Shown: positions 46,654 through 58,417 of the stretch, piece after piece
How positions within the stretch are numbered: position 1 is the first letter of the stretch
Layout of the letters: every line of letters begins with the position of its first letter
From: an uncultured Planctomycetales bacterium
Lineage (GTDB): Bacteria; Omnitrophota; Gorgyraeia; Zapsychrales; Fredricksoniimonadaceae
Direction of reading: 5' to 3'
Length of the DNA: 64,000 nucleotides
Assembly: GCA_964572155.1 (NCBI GenBank)
Contig: CAZNDZ010000001.1
Span: 412,630-476,629 of the forward strand
Notes under the pieces: generated by a model
Database searches by the model: none
What the model saw: the letters and a program-made list of their open reading frames with translations, nothing else
Told to the model about the DNA's origin: nothing
Position numbers and translations under genes: made by a program

Positions 46654-49137
46654 ATGAATCGCAATTCTTTGCGTGTTAGTTGTGTGGTGGTGTTTTGGAT
46701 TTCGTTGTTGTGCATCAGCCTCGAACTGTTTCAAACCCGCATCTTGAATCTTAAAGCATGGAACCATGTCGTCTATACCATTATCCCTTTTGCCATGTTG
46801 GGTTATGGGATTGGGGCGAACTTGGTTTTTATTTTTAGCGCGCAATTAAAGAAGATTAATTTTGAGAAGTTATTGGCGTTGTTGTTATTAGCAACAGCGT
46901 TTTCAAGTTTAGCGACGGCATATTGGATCAAAGATCTGCCACTCAACGTCGAATACATCACCACCATCTTTAGCAATGTTAAGTCTGTGGGCATGTTGTT
47001 GCTAGCCTACAGTGTTTTTATGATCCCCTTTATCATCATCGGCTTTATGATTGTGCATATTTTTATGCATAGCCCAGCACATACGCACCGCCTGTATTTC
47101 TGGGATTTGTTGGGCGCGGGGGCGGGGGCATTTTTATTTTTTATTTTGATCAATCATTTAGCTGTTTTTCATTCGTTGATGCTTTTAGCATGCATTAGCG
47201 TGTTAACGGCGTTGTGGATTTGGCGGCCTAAGTTTCATTTGGTGTTATCAGCGGCGAGTATTTTGATTTTCTTAGGAGCGTTGACGTTCCTGCCAGAACC
47301 AAGTCATTATGCCATTGATCCAAATAAAGGATGGAAGTTGATCCCTGGGACATATGATTCAAAAGACTGCGAACAATTGGTGTCTCGTTGGCATCCATTG
47401 GGACGGACAGATATTTTTTGGGTTAAGAGCGACGCTGCACGTGAGCGCATGTTTGCCTCAAACCGAGGCACCTTTGAAATCAATGTTGATCCAGCACCGG
47501 ATGTTGCATATATCTCGACTAATTTCTTAGCGGGTAGTCCCATTTATGATTTATCGCCCTCAGGAATTGCCAAACGCAATTCAACCTTAAAGCTTTTTAG
47601 TCAAGACATGGAAGTGGCCTATACTTTGGTCAAAGATCCTAAGGTGGTGATCATTGGCGCTGGTGGTGGTCGTGATATTTTCATGGCACGCTCTCATGGG
47701 GCAACCAATATTTTAGGCGCTGAGATTAATCCTGGGATTTATAACGAGATGATGCCAGGCGGCAAGATGTATGATTTTTCCGGCCGCGTTTACACAAGCC
47801 CAAATTCAAAGATTTATAACATAGACGGAAGAAATTTAATTAAGAGTTTGCCCTCAGCCAGTCAAGACATTGTGATTTTAAACGGGGTAGATACATTTTC
47901 AGGATTGTCGTCAGGGGCTTATGCATATGCCGAAAGTTATTTATATACCCAAGAAGCAGTGGAAGATTATTTGCGGGTGTTAAATGACAAAGGCATCTTA
48001 AATGTGTATCGCTGGACTTTTGATGACATGCCACGGGAAGAATTGCGATTGCATGCGATCGTGATTGCTGCCTTAGACAAGATGGGTATTAAGAATCCAG
48101 AAGATCACATTATGATTGGGTTAGCAGGCTGGTCGATCTTTTTAGTTAGAAAAGAGCCTTTCACGCTGCAAGAGCGCAACATGGTTTTCGATTATTTTAA
48201 ACATCATCGGGTGGTGCCTGCATTTCCTGCGGAGGAGTGGCTTAAAAAAAGTGGCTCATTGGGCCTTGTGTTTGATGACTATGCGCAATTGTTTAAACAG
48301 CATCGGCAACACTTGCTGGAAGAAGCTTATAAGTATGACATCAGCGTCGTCAATGATGATAAGCCCTTTTTTTATAAGTATTACAAACTCAATTTGTTTA
48401 ATCCCTTTAAACCAGTAGCATATCATTACACAGGCACGGTGATTTTCTTTACCCAAGGGATGATTTTCCTTGAGGCATTGATTTTTATCACCCTCTTTGT
48501 CTTTTTGCCGTTGGTGGTATTTAAAAAAGATGGCGTCGCGGCATTGCCTAAAAACCGTCTAAAGCCTTTTATTACCTATTTTGCTTGTTTAGGCATTGGG
48601 TATATGTTTATTGAAATTGCCTTGATGCAGCGCTTCACCATTTTATTAGGAAGTCCAATTTATTCGATTAGCTTGGTGCTTGCAGTCTTGCTTGTGGCCA
48701 GTGGTTTAGGTAGTTTTGCTATACCATGGTTTGATAAAATTTCTAAAAACGATCATCAACAACTGATTCAATGGGTCACAGGGGTGATGGTTGTTTATGT
48801 ATTAGGCTTGGTGATTTTAGGAACAAGGGTTTTTGATATGTTCATGCCGTTAAATGTTGCATGGCGCATGTTTATCGTCGCTGTTCTAACATTTCCTCTG
48901 GGATTCTTGTTGGGTGTTTATTTCCCCTATGGGTTACGCGCTTCAAGCGCGCATCATGCAGGAACAATCCCTTGGGGCTGGGGCATTAATTGTGGGTTTA
49001 GTGTTTTGGGATCGATTGCCGTTATCATGATCGCGCAATTCCAAGGATTTAATAATGTATTGATTTTATCATGTGTGATCTATTTGATAGCCGCCTTGGC
49101 CTTTAAAAGGCTCGCACAGTCAGGAGCAGGTTCATGA
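46654..49137 (+). CDS. membrane-anchored spermidine synthase-like (polyamine aminopropyltransferase fold) protein
   Basis: N- and C-terminal multi-TM blocks flank a VVIIGAGGGRDI...ILNGVDTF SpeE-like methyltransferase-fold core; 827 aa. Confidence 0.55.
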   Translation: MNRNSLRVSCVVVFWISLLCISLELFQTRILNLKAWNHVVYTIIPFAMLGYGIGANLVFIFSAQLKKINFEKLLALLLLATAFSSLATAYWIKDLPLNVEYITTIFSNVKSVGMLLLAYSVFMIPFIIIGFMIVHIFMHSPAHTHRLYFWDLLGAGAGAFLFFILINHLAVFHSLMLLACISVLTALWIWRPKFHLVLSAASILIFLGALTFLPEPSHYAIDPNKGWKLIPGTYDSKDCEQLVSRWHPLGRTDIFWVKSDAARERMFASNRGTFEINVDPAPDVAYISTNFLAGSPIYDLSPSGIAKRNSTLKLFSQDMEVAYTLVKDPKVVIIGAGGGRDIFMARSHGATNILGAEINPGIYNEMMPGGKMYDFSGRVYTSPNSKIYNIDGRNLIKSLPSASQDIVILNGVDTFSGLSSGAYAYAESYLYTQEAVEDYLRVLNDKGILNVYRWTFDDMPREELRLHAIVIAALDKMGIKNPEDHIMIGLAGWSIFLVRKEPFTLQERNMVFDYFKHHRVVPAFPAEEWLKKSGSLGLVFDDYAQLFKQHRQHLLEEAYKYDISVVNDDKPFFYKYYKLNLFNPFKPVAYHYTGTVIFFTQGMIFLEALIFITLFVFLPLVVFKKDGVAALPKNRLKPFITYFACLGIGYMFIEIALMQRFTILLGSPIYSISLVLAVLLVASGLGSFAIPWFDKISKNDHQQLIQWVTGVMVVYVLGLVILGTRVFDMFMPLNVAWRMFIVAVLTFPLGFLLGVYFPYGLRASSAHHAGTIPWGWGINCGFSVLGSIAVIMIAQFQGFNNVLILSCVIYLIAALAFKRLAQSGAGS

Positions 49138-49604
49138 AACATCAATTTGTTTTAGAGCAAACACAGGATTTGCCCATCACCTTGGCGCAAGCATGGGAAT
49201 TTTTCTCAAGCCCTAAGAATTTATCAAAGATCACGCCACCATCGCTTGGATTTGTGATCAAGTCCAATCCACCGGAAGATATGGTTGAAGGCTTGCAAAT
49301 CACATACACCGTAAAACCGTTGATGGGTATTCCTATGAAATGGGTGTCTTTGATCAAGGAAATCGAAAAACCATATCAGTTTGTTGACCAACAGCTTGTT
49401 GGCCCTTATGCCTATTGGCATCATTTGCACCGCTTTAAGGAAATCCCAGGGGGCGTGCGTTGTGATGATATTGTCACCTATGCCTTGCCCATGGGCTCGG
49501 TGGGTGCCATGATGCAGCCTTTCTTAGTTGCGCCCCGCTTAAAGGAAATCTTTGATTTCCGTCGTAAAGTCTTGATTGAACGTTTTGGGGTCATTACCAC
49601 ATAA
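49134..49604 (+). CDS. SRPBCC (Bet v1/START-like) ligand-binding domain protein
   Basis: 156 aa. The fold-level resemblance is weak. Confidence 0.35.
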   Translation: MKHQFVLEQTQDLPITLAQAWEFFSSPKNLSKITPPSLGFVIKSNPPEDMVEGLQITYTVKPLMGIPMKWVSLIKEIEKPYQFVDQQLVGPYAYWHHLHRFKEIPGGVRCDDIVTYALPMGSVGAMMQPFLVAPRLKEIFDFRRKVLIERFGVITT

Positions 49605-49625
49605 AGCCCGCTAGAAACTCAGCGT

Positions 49626-49674
49626 TTGACAAATTCCACGCCGTCAGGTATACTTTGAAAGTTGCATATGCAAC
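49626..49674 (+). promoter_or_regulatory. consensus sigma70 promoter (TTGACA-17-TATACT) followed by a 14-bp perfect palindrome GTTGCATATGCAAC (candidate MarR operator)
   Basis: Hexamers at 49626-49631 and 49649-49654; palindrome at 49661-49674 between the -10 and the marR start. Confidence 0.5.
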
Positions 49675-49683
49675 CAAAAATTT

Positions 49684-50127
49684 ATGCCAAACAGACCATG
49701 TATCATTGAAGAGTCGTTAGGGTATGCCATGGGCCGTGCCACGAGGGCACTTGGGGCTTTGGTGAACCATAATTTTGCGGCTGCTGGGTATGATGTGACC
49801 TGTGAGCAATGGTCTGTGATTGTTAATTTGGGTAAGAAAAATGGCTTAAGCCAACAAGAGTTGGCAGGGTTAACCTGTAAAGATAAAACCAGCATGACCC
49901 GTTTGATTGATAATATGGAAAAGCACAGCTTGGTTGTGCGCATCCCAGATAAAAGTGATAAACGCCAGAAATTGATTTATCTGACGAAGAAAGGCCAAGA
50001 TTTACAGGCAAAATTGGTCGTGGTGATCAAAGATACATTAGAAGAAGCTCAAAAAGGCATTAAAATCAAGGACTTAGAAACATGTAAACAAGTCCTGCAT
50101 CACATTTATGAAAACACAAAACTATAA
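49684..50127 (+). CDS. MarR-family transcriptional regulator
   Basis: Winged HTH (GLSQQELAGLTCKDKTSMTRLIDNMEKHSLVVRIPDKSDKRQKLIYLT); 147 aa. Confidence 0.8.
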   Translation: MPNRPCIIEESLGYAMGRATRALGALVNHNFAAAGYDVTCEQWSVIVNLGKKNGLSQQELAGLTCKDKTSMTRLIDNMEKHSLVVRIPDKSDKRQKLIYLTKKGQDLQAKLVVVIKDTLEEAQKGIKIKDLETCKQVLHHIYENTKL

Positions 50128-50145
50128 CCCTAGAACAAGAAATGG

Positions 50146-51327
50146 TTGAATATGCAACTTCCTAAGTCTCTGAAATTCATGATGTTACCAGTGTTGGTCG
50201 CAAGCTTTATTGGTTGCGAGCAAAAACATACCGCGCAGCCTTTTGCCATGCCACCCGCCGAGGTTGGGGTTGTTACGGTTACAGCACAAACGTTACCTGT
50301 CACAACAGAATTTCCAGGACGCTTGGATGCTGTTCGTACAGCTCAAGTTAGAGCTCGGGCAACAGGGATATTATTAAAGCAGTCATTTAAAGAAGGTGCA
50401 GATATTAAAGCAGGGGATGTGTTATTTGAAATTGACCCAGCCCCTCTAAAAGCAAACGTGTCGAGTGCTAAGGCTAATTTAGCAAAGGCAGAAGCATCGC
50501 TGGCCCAAGTGCAAGCGCGTGCTGATCGTTATAAAGCATTGGTTGATATCAATGCGGTGAGCAAACAAGAATATGATGATGCAACATCTGCAGTATTACA
50601 AGCCAAGGCGACCATTGAAGCAGCAAAAGCAGCGATGGAAACGGCTGAGCTTAATTTAGGTTATGCCACCGTTTCAGCGCCCATCGATGGTCGCATTGGA
50701 CAAGCGAAGGTTACCGAAGGAACGTTGGTTAGTCAAGCGGAAGCGACACAATTGGCGGTGATTCAACAATTGGATCCTATCTATTTCGATTTTACCCAAT
50801 CAACGACGGAAATGTTGCGTTTAAGACGCTTGCTTGATTCAGGGAAATTGCAAAGTTTAGATGCAGGTACAGCGAAGGTAACATTGATTTTAGAAGACGG
50901 CACAACTTACCAATACCCAGGTAAGTTGTTATTCTCTGATGTGACGGTAAATCCTAGTACTGGCATGATCACGTTGCGCAGTGAATTTCCTAATCCAGAT
51001 CATTTATTATTACCCGGCATGTTTGCGCGCGGTCAACTTCAAGAAGCAGTTAATAATGATGCCATCACTGTCTTGCAACGCGGAGTTGCATTAGGTGCTA
51101 ATGGAACAGCAATAGCCATGATTGTAGGTAAAGATAATAAGGTAGAAGCTAGAACAGTGAAGTTATCAACAGCGGTTGAAGACAAGTGGATTGTTAGTGA
51201 AGGATTAAAGCAAGGTGATCGTGTCATTGTTGAAGGATTGCAAAAGATTCGTCCTGGGGCTGAGGTAAAGCCAGTGCCATTTAAATCAACAGAGCCTGCG
51301 ACAGCAGCTGCGCCACAGGGGAAATAA
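50146..51327 (+). CDS. RND efflux periplasmic adaptor (membrane fusion protein, AcrA/MexA family)
   Basis: Lipoprotein signal, with coiled-coil, lipoyl and beta-barrel adaptor domains; 393 aa. Confidence 0.85.
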   Translation: MNMQLPKSLKFMMLPVLVASFIGCEQKHTAQPFAMPPAEVGVVTVTAQTLPVTTEFPGRLDAVRTAQVRARATGILLKQSFKEGADIKAGDVLFEIDPAPLKANVSSAKANLAKAEASLAQVQARADRYKALVDINAVSKQEYDDATSAVLQAKATIEAAKAAMETAELNLGYATVSAPIDGRIGQAKVTEGTLVSQAEATQLAVIQQLDPIYFDFTQSTTEMLRLRRLLDSGKLQSLDAGTAKVTLILEDGTTYQYPGKLLFSDVTVNPSTGMITLRSEFPNPDHLLLPGMFARGQLQEAVNNDAITVLQRGVALGANGTAIAMIVGKDNKVEARTVKLSTAVEDKWIVSEGLKQGDRVIVEGLQKIRPGAEVKPVPFKSTEPATAAAPQGK

Positions 51328-51333
51328 TTAGCC

Positions 51334-54300
51334 ATGCCAAAATTCTTTATAGATCGTCCAATTTTTGCGTGGGTTGTTTCAATATTGATCGTCTTGATTG
51401 GTATTGTATCAATCACTCAACTACCCGTAGCTCAGTATCCAAGTGTTGCACCTCCTTCTATTTCAGTTAACGCGTCTTACGCGGGTGCATCTGCAGAAAC
51501 ATTACAAAATACCGTCACGTCTATCATCGAGCAGCAATTAAATGGGATTGATAATTTACTGTATGTGTCGTCAAGCAGTAATTCAAGTGGTCAAGCCACC
51601 ATTTCTTTGTATTTCTTACCTGGGACAAATGCCGACGTGGCTCAAGTGCAGGTGCAAAATAAATTACAGTTAGCCATTCCGTCGTTGCCGCAAGTTGTTC
51701 AGCAATCTGGGGTCACGGTTACAAAGTCCACGCGTAATTATTTGATGTTCTTTACCTTATCGTCAACCGACGGTAGCATGGACGAAATTGAGTTGGGTAA
51801 TTACATTTCCTCAAGTGTTTTAGATCCTATTCGTCGTGTGACAGGTGTTGGGGAAGCCTTGCAGTTTGGTACTGAAAACGCCATGCGCATTTGGCTTAAT
51901 CCTCAGAAACTTTTTAGCTATAACATGACATCCAATGATGTTATTACGGCGATCCAAGCTCAAAATGTGCAAGTGCCCATTGGTCAATTGGGTGGACGTC
52001 CATCCATTGAAGGGCAGCAGTTAAATGTTACGATGCAAGGGCGATCGACGCTGCATAATACAGATGAATTTGGGAAAATTATATTGCGTGTTAATAACGA
52101 TGGCTCTCGTGTGTTTTTACGTGATGTTGCCACGATTAGTTTAGGCGGCGCGGATTACACCACCCAGGCACGTATTAATGGTAAGCCTGCATCAGCAGTA
52201 GCGATCAAGCTTTCTCCAACGGGTAATGCGATTAAAACCGTTGATGCGGTCAAAGCAAAGATCGAAGAGTTGTCGAAGTTCTTCCCACCAAATACACGGG
52301 TGGATTATCCTTTAGATCAAAGTGCGTTTGTGCGCATCTCGATCGAAGAAGTTGTTAAGACCTTGTTGATTGCCATCTTCTTGGTGTTCTTGGTCATGTA
52401 TTTATTTTTACAGAATATTCGCACCACCTTAATTCCAACTATCGTTGTGCCGGTGGCTTTAATGGGTACATTTGCTGTCATGAAAGCCTTTGGTTTTTCA
52501 ATCAATGTGCTCACCATGTTTGGGATGGTTTTAGCCATTGGTATTTTAATTGACGATGCCATCGTCGTCGTTGAAAACGTCGAACGGATCATGCGGGAAG
52601 AAGGTTTGTCGCCTAAAGAAGCAAGTCATAAGGCGATGCAGCAAATTACCGGCGCTTTGATTGGCATCACCTTGGTGCTGACGGCGGTGTTTATCCCCAT
52701 GGCCTTTTTTGGGGGTTCTGTTGGGGCGATTTATCGTCAGTTTTCCATGTCGCTTGTAGCCTCGATGATATTTTCAATCTTCTTAGCCATGACCTTAACA
52801 CCAGCGCTGTGTGCGTCGATGTTAAAGCCAATTACCAAAGGCCATCATGATGAGAAGAAAGGTTTCTTTGGTTGGTTTAATCGCAGTTTTGCAACTGGCA
52901 CAACACAATATCAAAACATCGTTGCGCGCATGCTTAAGACGCCATTACGTTATTTGGTGATTTATGCAGCCATCATTGTTGGGGTTGGTTTCTTATACAC
53001 GCGTTTACCGTCGTCGTTCTTGCCCGAAGAAGATCAAGGGTACTTTATCACCAACATTCAACTTCCGGTTGGCGCAACGCAAGCAAGAACGCTCGAAGTT
53101 TTAAAGCAAGTGGAAGGTTTCTTTCTAGCTCAGCCTGAAACAGATAAAGTTATTACCGTTGCAGGTTTTAGTTTTAATGGCCGTGGGCAAAACTCTGCGT
53201 TGTCATTTATTCGTTTAAAAGATTGGAATGAACGTAAAGGCAAAGAGCATAGCGTGCAGAATATCATTGGTCGTGCATGGGGAGCATTTTCTGGCATCAA
53301 GGATGCCATCATTTTCCCCATCAATTTGCCGCCGATCCCTGAACTTGGGACATCGTCGGGTTTTGACTTACAATTGGAAGATCAATTGGGCTTAGGGCAT
53401 GAGAAGTTGATGGAGGCAAGCAAACAGTTATTAGCGTTAGCCGCAAAAAATCCTAATGTCGTTGGTGTGCGCATGCAAGGTCTCGAAGATGCCGCGCAAT
53501 TGAAGGTTGATATTGACGAGGATAAAGCGAGTGCCATGGGCGTGTCCTTGGCAGATATCAATAGCGCGCTACAAGCAAACTTCGGTTCTTATTATGTGAA
53601 CAATTTTGTTAACGGCAACCGTGTGCAGCGGGTCATTGTGCAATTAGATGCGCCATATCGCATGTTACCCGACGACATTGGTAAGGTTTATTTAAGGAAC
53701 AATCAAGGTCAAATGGTTGCCTTATCAGGGTTGTTAAAGTTAAATTGGACTTTTGGTTCGCCGCAAGTGCAGCGCTATAATGGTTTCCCATCCGTTGACA
53801 TCGTCGGTAGTACAGCTCCTGGAAAAAGTACAGGCGATGCCATGAAGGCGATGGAAGCAATGATTAAAGAATTACCAGCAGGCATTGGCTATGAGTGGAC
53901 AGGGCAATCTTATGAAGAACGTTTATCAGGTGCACAAGCGCCCATGCTCTATGGTTTATCACTCATTGTTGTTTTCTTAGCATTGGCAGCCTTATATGAA
54001 AGTTGGTCCATTCCATTTGCAGTTATGCTGGTCGTTCCGCTTGGTATCTTAGGTTCTTTGCTTGCAGCCACATGGCGCGGCATGCCGAACGACGTATATT
54101 TTAAAGTTGGTTTGCTTGCCATCATTGGTTTGTCGACGAAAAATGCGATCTTGATTGTAGAATTTGCAAAAGATTTGCAGGCCCAGGGCAAGGGATTGAT
54201 CGAAGCTGTATTAGAGGCAGTGCATTTGCGGTTACGCCCAATCCTCATGACATCTTTCGCTTTTATTCTAGGTGTGCTGCCTTTAGCGATGGCAACAGGT

Positions 54301-54444
54301 GCAGGTTCCGCTAGCCAACACGCCATTGGTACTGGGGTTGCCGGCGGTATGTTTACCGCAACCGTGTTAGCTATTTTCCTTGTGCCAATATTCTTTGTGG
54401 TTGTGCAACGCATATTTACTAAACAGAAGGATAAAAAGCAATGA
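51334..54444 (+). CDS. RND multidrug efflux permease (AcrB/MexB family)
   Basis: 1036 aa with 12 TM helices plus large periplasmic loops; [15 protein letters not shown]-terminus. Confidence 0.95.
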   Translation: MPKFFIDRPIFAWVVSILIVLIGIVSITQLPVAQYPSVAPPSISVNASYAGASAETLQNTVTSIIEQQLNGIDNLLYVSSSSNSSGQATISLYFLPGTNADVAQVQVQNKLQLAIPSLPQVVQQSGVTVTKSTRNYLMFFTLSSTDGSMDEIELGNYISSSVLDPIRRVTGVGEALQFGTENAMRIWLNPQKLFSYNMTSNDVITAIQAQNVQVPIGQLGGRPSIEGQQLNVTMQGRSTLHNTDEFGKIILRVNNDGSRVFLRDVATISLGGADYTTQARINGKPASAVAIKLSPTGNAIKTVDAVKAKIEELSKFFPPNTRVDYPLDQSAFVRISIEEVVKTLLIAIFLVFLVMYLFLQNIRTTLIPTIVVPVALMGTFAVMKAFGFSINVLTMFGMVLAIGILIDDAIVVVENVERIMREEGLSPKEASHKAMQQITGALIGITLVLTAVFIPMAFFGGSVGAIYRQFSMSLVASMIFSIFLAMTLTPALCASMLKPITKGHHDEKKGFFGWFNRSFATGTTQYQNIVARMLKTPLRYLVIYAAIIVGVGFLYTRLPSSFLPEEDQGYFITNIQLPVGATQARTLEVLKQVEGFFLAQPETDKVITVAGFSFNGRGQNSALSFIRLKDWNERKGKEHSVQNIIGRAWGAFSGIKDAIIFPINLPPIPELGTSSGFDLQLEDQLGLGHEKLMEASKQLLALAAKNPNVVGVRMQGLEDAAQLKVDIDEDKASAMGVSLADINSALQANFGSYYVNNFVNGNRVQRVIVQLDAPYRMLPDDIGKVYLRNNQGQMVALSGLLKLNWTFGSPQVQRYNGFPSVDIVGSTAPGKSTGDAMKAMEAMIKELPAGIGYEWTGQSYEERLSGAQAPMLYGLSLIVVFLALAALYESWSIPFAVMLVVPLGILGSLLAATWRGMPNDVYFKVGLLAIIGLSTKNAILIVEFAKDLQAQGKGLIEAVLEAVHLRLRPILMTSFAFILGVLPLAMATGAGSASQHAIGTGVAGGMFTATVLAIFLVPIFFVVVQRIFTKQKDKKQ

Positions 54445-55835
54445 GGCAAATATTATGCTTGATGTTGTGTGTGTTACTATCTGGCTGTTCGATGATACCA
54501 CGTTATGATCGTCCATCGTCGCCTGTATCTAAAGTATGGCCCACACAAGGTGATGATCCATCGCTTGTTATTTCTGGCTTAAAGAGCCGTAAATTTTTTA
54601 ATGATCCAAGATTACGCAAGATCATTGAAATTGCTTTAACAAATAATCGTGATTTACGTTTAGCGGCATTAAATGTCGACTTGTTACGCGCCCAATATAA
54701 TGTTGGTCTGTCTCGCGGCATCCCAAATTTAGATGGTATCGGCAGTGGTCAACGACAAAAAGATGTGACCGGTGATGGCGGTGAAGGTGAAACAACAGGT
54801 AAATATAGTTTAAAGGTTGGCGTCACATCGTATGAGCTCGATTTGTTTGGCCGTGTCCGTAGTTTACGCGCACAAGCGTTACAAACATATTTGGCCTCAC
54901 AAGAGACAAAGCGCAGTGTGCAATTGTCATTGATCGCTCAAGTCGCCATCTCCTATTTAACCCAACGCGCGCTTGAAGAACAATTAATCCAGACGCAAGA
55001 TACGTTAAAGTCTGTCGAAGCATACGCTCAATTGATCAAGCGTAGTTATGATATTGGTAATACAACGGAATTGGATTTACGCTCTGCACAGGCACAGGTG
55101 GAAACTGCAAAAGCGAATGTGGCCATCTTTGAGCGACAGTTATCTCAGGCGGAAAATGCATTGGTATTTTTAATCGGTGAACCCATGCCGAAAGATTTAC
55201 CAGACGCTGAACCATTTAATACACAACGCGTATTGTCAGATATCCCAGCTGGTTTACCGTCGGATATCATCGCACACCGTCCTGATATTTTAGCCGCAGA
55301 GCATCAATTAAAAGGTGCCAATGCCAACATCGGCGCTGCACGTGCTGCATTCTTCCCTAAGATTTCATTAACCGCGGCAGGGGGTATTGCTAGTGTTAAA
55401 TTAACCGATTTGTTTTCAGGGGTAGGTGTATGGAATTTTGCACCACAAATCACAATGCCTATTTTTGATGGTGGAGCTAATAAAGCTGCTTTAAATATGT
55501 CGAAGATATCTAAGTCGATTGAAATCGCACAATATGAAAAGACCATACAAAATGCTTTTCGCGAAGTTGCCGATGCTTTAACGGCACGCACGCCGCTGGA
55601 AGATCAAATCCAAGCACAAACAGATTTGGTAAAGGCTCAGCAACAACGTTACGATTTAGCCGATGTGCGCTATCGCAATGGGGTTGACAGTTATTTGACG
55701 GTCTTAGTAGCACAACAAGAGTTGTACAGTGCTCGACAAGCGTTGATTCAGTCGCAATTGCTTCGCTTTTCTAACCTGATCACCCTCTATAAAGCCTTGG
55801 GTGGTGGTTGGGATGAATACGCCCTAAGCCCCTAA
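54441..55835 (+). CDS. efflux outer-membrane factor (OprM/NodT/TolC family) lipoprotein
   Basis: Lipobox LLSGCS and duplicated OEP repeats; 464 aa. Confidence 0.85.
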   Translation: MRQILCLMLCVLLSGCSMIPRYDRPSSPVSKVWPTQGDDPSLVISGLKSRKFFNDPRLRKIIEIALTNNRDLRLAALNVDLLRAQYNVGLSRGIPNLDGIGSGQRQKDVTGDGGEGETTGKYSLKVGVTSYELDLFGRVRSLRAQALQTYLASQETKRSVQLSLIAQVAISYLTQRALEEQLIQTQDTLKSVEAYAQLIKRSYDIGNTTELDLRSAQAQVETAKANVAIFERQLSQAENALVFLIGEPMPKDLPDAEPFNTQRVLSDIPAGLPSDIIAHRPDILAAEHQLKGANANIGAARAAFFPKISLTAAGGIASVKLTDLFSGVGVWNFAPQITMPIFDGGANKAALNMSKISKSIEIAQYEKTIQNAFREVADALTARTPLEDQIQAQTDLVKAQQQRYDLADVRYRNGVDSYLTVLVAQQELYSARQALIQSQLLRFSNLITLYKALGGGWDEYALSP

Positions 55836-56746
55836 TGAAGATTAATTTTAAAACCATCGTCGCTTTTTTTGGCATTTATGTCATTTGGGGATCGACATAT
55901 TTGGCGATTCGTTTCACCATTGAGACATTGCCACCATTAATTAGCGGCGGCCTACGCTTTCTCGTTGCAGGGATCATCCTGTATCTTTTTATCCGTCTAA
56001 AAACTAAAACACCACATCCAACAAAAGTTCAATGGCGATCCGCTGCTATCATTGGTGGATTTTTAATCTTAGGCGGTAACGGCAATGTTGTGTTGGCAGA
56101 ACAAAGTGTTCCGTCAGGTGTTGCCGCGCTTATCATTGCCACCATCCCTGTTTGGATGGTCATCCTAGAATGGTTATGGTTAAAACAACGACGACCATCC
56201 GTGACCACTTGGGTGGGGATTGGTTTAGGTTTTCTTGGTGTATCATTATTGATCGTTCCTGATTTAACATCCAAGGCCTATCATTTGCCCCCGATTGGTG
56301 TTCTGGGATTATTGTTAGGGGCATTGTTATGGTCGATTGGTTCGTTGTATGCCAAGCGGCTGGATTTACCAAGCTCGGCCATTTTAGCAACGAGCATGGA
56401 AATGATGTTGGGTGGGATATTTCTGATCATGGCAGGTTTCATGCGAGGGGAATGGGCCTCAATTCATCCGGAAAACTTTAGCACGAAATCTATCTTGGCT
56501 TTGGTTTATTTAACATTATGCGGATCGTTGTGGGGATTTACAGCGTATATTTGGTTACTTAAAAATGTGGGCGCTGTGCGCGTATCTTCCTATGCCTTTG
56601 TTAATCCTGTTGTGGCCATTTTCCTTGGATGTTTACTTGCCGGTGAACGTTTAAATGCGCAAATATTAACTGCGGCCATGATGGTGGTGGCGGCTGTTTG
56701 CATCATTACATTTTATAAAGATAAAACTAAAACAGCGATAAGGTGA
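55835..56746 (+). CDS. EamA/DMT-family transporter
   Basis: 10-TM protein with duplicated EamA domains; 303 aa. Confidence 0.8.
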   Translation: MKINFKTIVAFFGIYVIWGSTYLAIRFTIETLPPLISGGLRFLVAGIILYLFIRLKTKTPHPTKVQWRSAAIIGGFLILGGNGNVVLAEQSVPSGVAALIIATIPVWMVILEWLWLKQRRPSVTTWVGIGLGFLGVSLLIVPDLTSKAYHLPPIGVLGLLLGALLWSIGSLYAKRLDLPSSAILATSMEMMLGGIFLIMAGFMRGEWASIHPENFSTKSILALVYLTLCGSLWGFTAYIWLLKNVGAVRVSSYAFVNPVVAIFLGCLLAGERLNAQILTAAMMVVAAVCIITFYKDKTKTAIR

Positions 56747-57359
56747 GCGTTACATCTAGCGGTGCTTGACCTGTTTGCAGGGCATAGGCAGTGGCTTTGA
56801 TCGCCAATTGATTTTTTGCCAAACTTTCTTCAACATGCTGTTGCATGTTAAAGGCTAAGCCCTTAGCCTTACGCATCAAATCCCCACAAATCTTCGACGA
56901 CATAATGCTTTGAATGTTGAGGCGCATATCTGTGGCAGCCGCTTCTTTAAAAAAGCCTAAGGCCTTAGTGTAATCTTTTTGTCGGTAGTAAATCACCCCA
57001 AGGTTATAGGCGTAAGACCAAGCGTAAGGGTTGATGCTCTGTGCTTTCAAGAAGGCGCGAATGGCTGTGGCATCATTTCCGAGTGTGGCTTGATAAAATC
57101 CTTCTAAACCATGTGCGTCTGCAAGGTTAGGGGCATAGGCGATGATGCTCGTCGCATATTTATGCCATTGCGTAAGCCAATACGTTGAACATGGGGTTTG
57201 GTTGCCACGTTCAAGGCTAAACAGGTCTTGAGATTGTAAGAAGTTTGAACGTTCATTAAGTGTGTTGATGGCATAATGTCGACGACGATCCATGAAGCTA
57301 AGAATGATGATGGCACATAAAAGGATATTGAGGCATATGAGGGCTATTTTCTTTACCAT
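56727..57359 (-). CDS. membrane-anchored TPR-repeat protein
   Basis: N-terminal TM segment plus TPR repeats. Start chosen at the internal Met to limit overlap with the upstream gene. Confidence 0.45.
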   Translation of the reverse strand: MVKKIALICLNILLCAIIILSFMDRRRHYAINTLNERSNFLQSQDLFSLERGNQTPCSTYWLTQWHKYATSIIAYAPNLADAHGLEGFYQATLGNDATAIRAFLKAQSINPYAWSYAYNLGVIYYRQKDYTKALGFFKEAAATDMRLNIQSIMSSKICGDLMRKAKGLAFNMQQHVEESLAKNQLAIKATAYALQTGQAPLDVTLTLSLF

Positions 57360-58417
57360 AGGCGTTGCAGCACAACCAAGGTGCGCCAACCTCCCATCAT
57401 CAACACAAAAACGAGAACTTGATACAAAGCGATTTTGCTCCACACTTCTTTAGATGCGTTGAACAGTTGTTGCCAGATAACATTAAAGAAGATGATGCCC
57501 GTGGGCATTAAAAATAATAAATAGCGTGCGGATAGTTCAAAGCCAGCATTGTTTGTCGTGTGTTGCAAATATACAGAGAGTATTAATAAGCCGGAAAATC
57601 CCAAGAGAACGGAAATCCATAAAGTTAGCGGCAATACCCGACGCATAATGAATGTGCCCACTCCCAAGAACAAGATATTTTCGATTGAAACATTAGTTAG
57701 AATTAATCCAAGCCATTGATCTGGCAGTCGAAATGGGTATCTGGGTGCGTGCATGGCATAAAAAATGCCAATGACGATTGGCAAAATAAACGGGATGAAG
57801 AACTTTTTTCGAATAAACACCAATGTGAGTAACGTTTGAATCAAACCAAAACCTGAACATAAGCATAGTAGCCAGTGGGTTAAGGTAAGTTTCAGCCAAA
57901 AGCTTTTACTGTGATTTTTGAAGATAAAATATTCTAATAAGAGTAGGGTTTGCGCGCAGGTTAATAAGATCCATAAACTATACGGCCTATCTTGAGTCCA
58001 ATAGATCCACGTCGGAGTTGATGTTAAAAAGAGGCACAAGCTAAGTAAAGCGGCATAGATGTTGAAACGTTTCAGGAAATAATAAAAGCATAGGGTTAGG
58101 CTAAGCGCCATAAACACGACAGGCAGCAAGCGCATCCATATTTGGCTGTATGTTTCACATACATATTGTTCTTGCACCCACGCCGTTTTAAATTGAAAAC
58201 TTGTGATTTGACCTAAGGCTTTTTGCAACGTGTAAAACAGTGGAGCATTATTACCTTCATTGACTTTGCCACGGAGAATATCTATGTAGGAAATGTTTTG
58301 GACGCTTTGATGTTGACTGTAACTCTCGTCGTTTTCTATTGGGTTCTTGATGCTTAAAGTAAGCCCAAGCGCGCAAGACAAGACGAAGACGAAAAACGAC
58401 AGTAGGTAATGACGCAT
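57353..58417 (-). CDS. polytopic membrane protein, hypothetical (possible GT-C / polymerase-like)
   Basis: 354 aa, about 10 TM helices, no clear motif. Confidence 0.35.
   Translation of the reverse strand: MRHYLLSFFVFVLSCALGLTLSIKNPIENDESYSQHQSVQNISYIDILRGKVNEGNNAPLFYTLQKALGQITSFQFKTAWVQEQYVCETYSQIWMRLLPVVFMALSLTLCFYYFLKRFNIYAALLSLCLFLTSTPTWIYWTQDRPYSLWILLTCAQTLLLLEYFIFKNHSKSFWLKLTLTHWLLCLCSGFGLIQTLLTLVFIRKKFFIPFILPIVIGIFYAMHAPRYPFRLPDQWLGLILTNVSIENILFLGVGTFIMRRVLPLTLWISVLLGFSGLLILSVYLQHTTNNAGFELSARYLLFLMPTGIIFFNVIWQQLFNASKEVWSKIALYQVLVFVLMMGGWRTLVVLQRLW

Noticed and set aside
53949-54449. 166-aa minus-strand ORF inside acrB
   Set aside because: Antisense within the RND permease gene; judged spurious.
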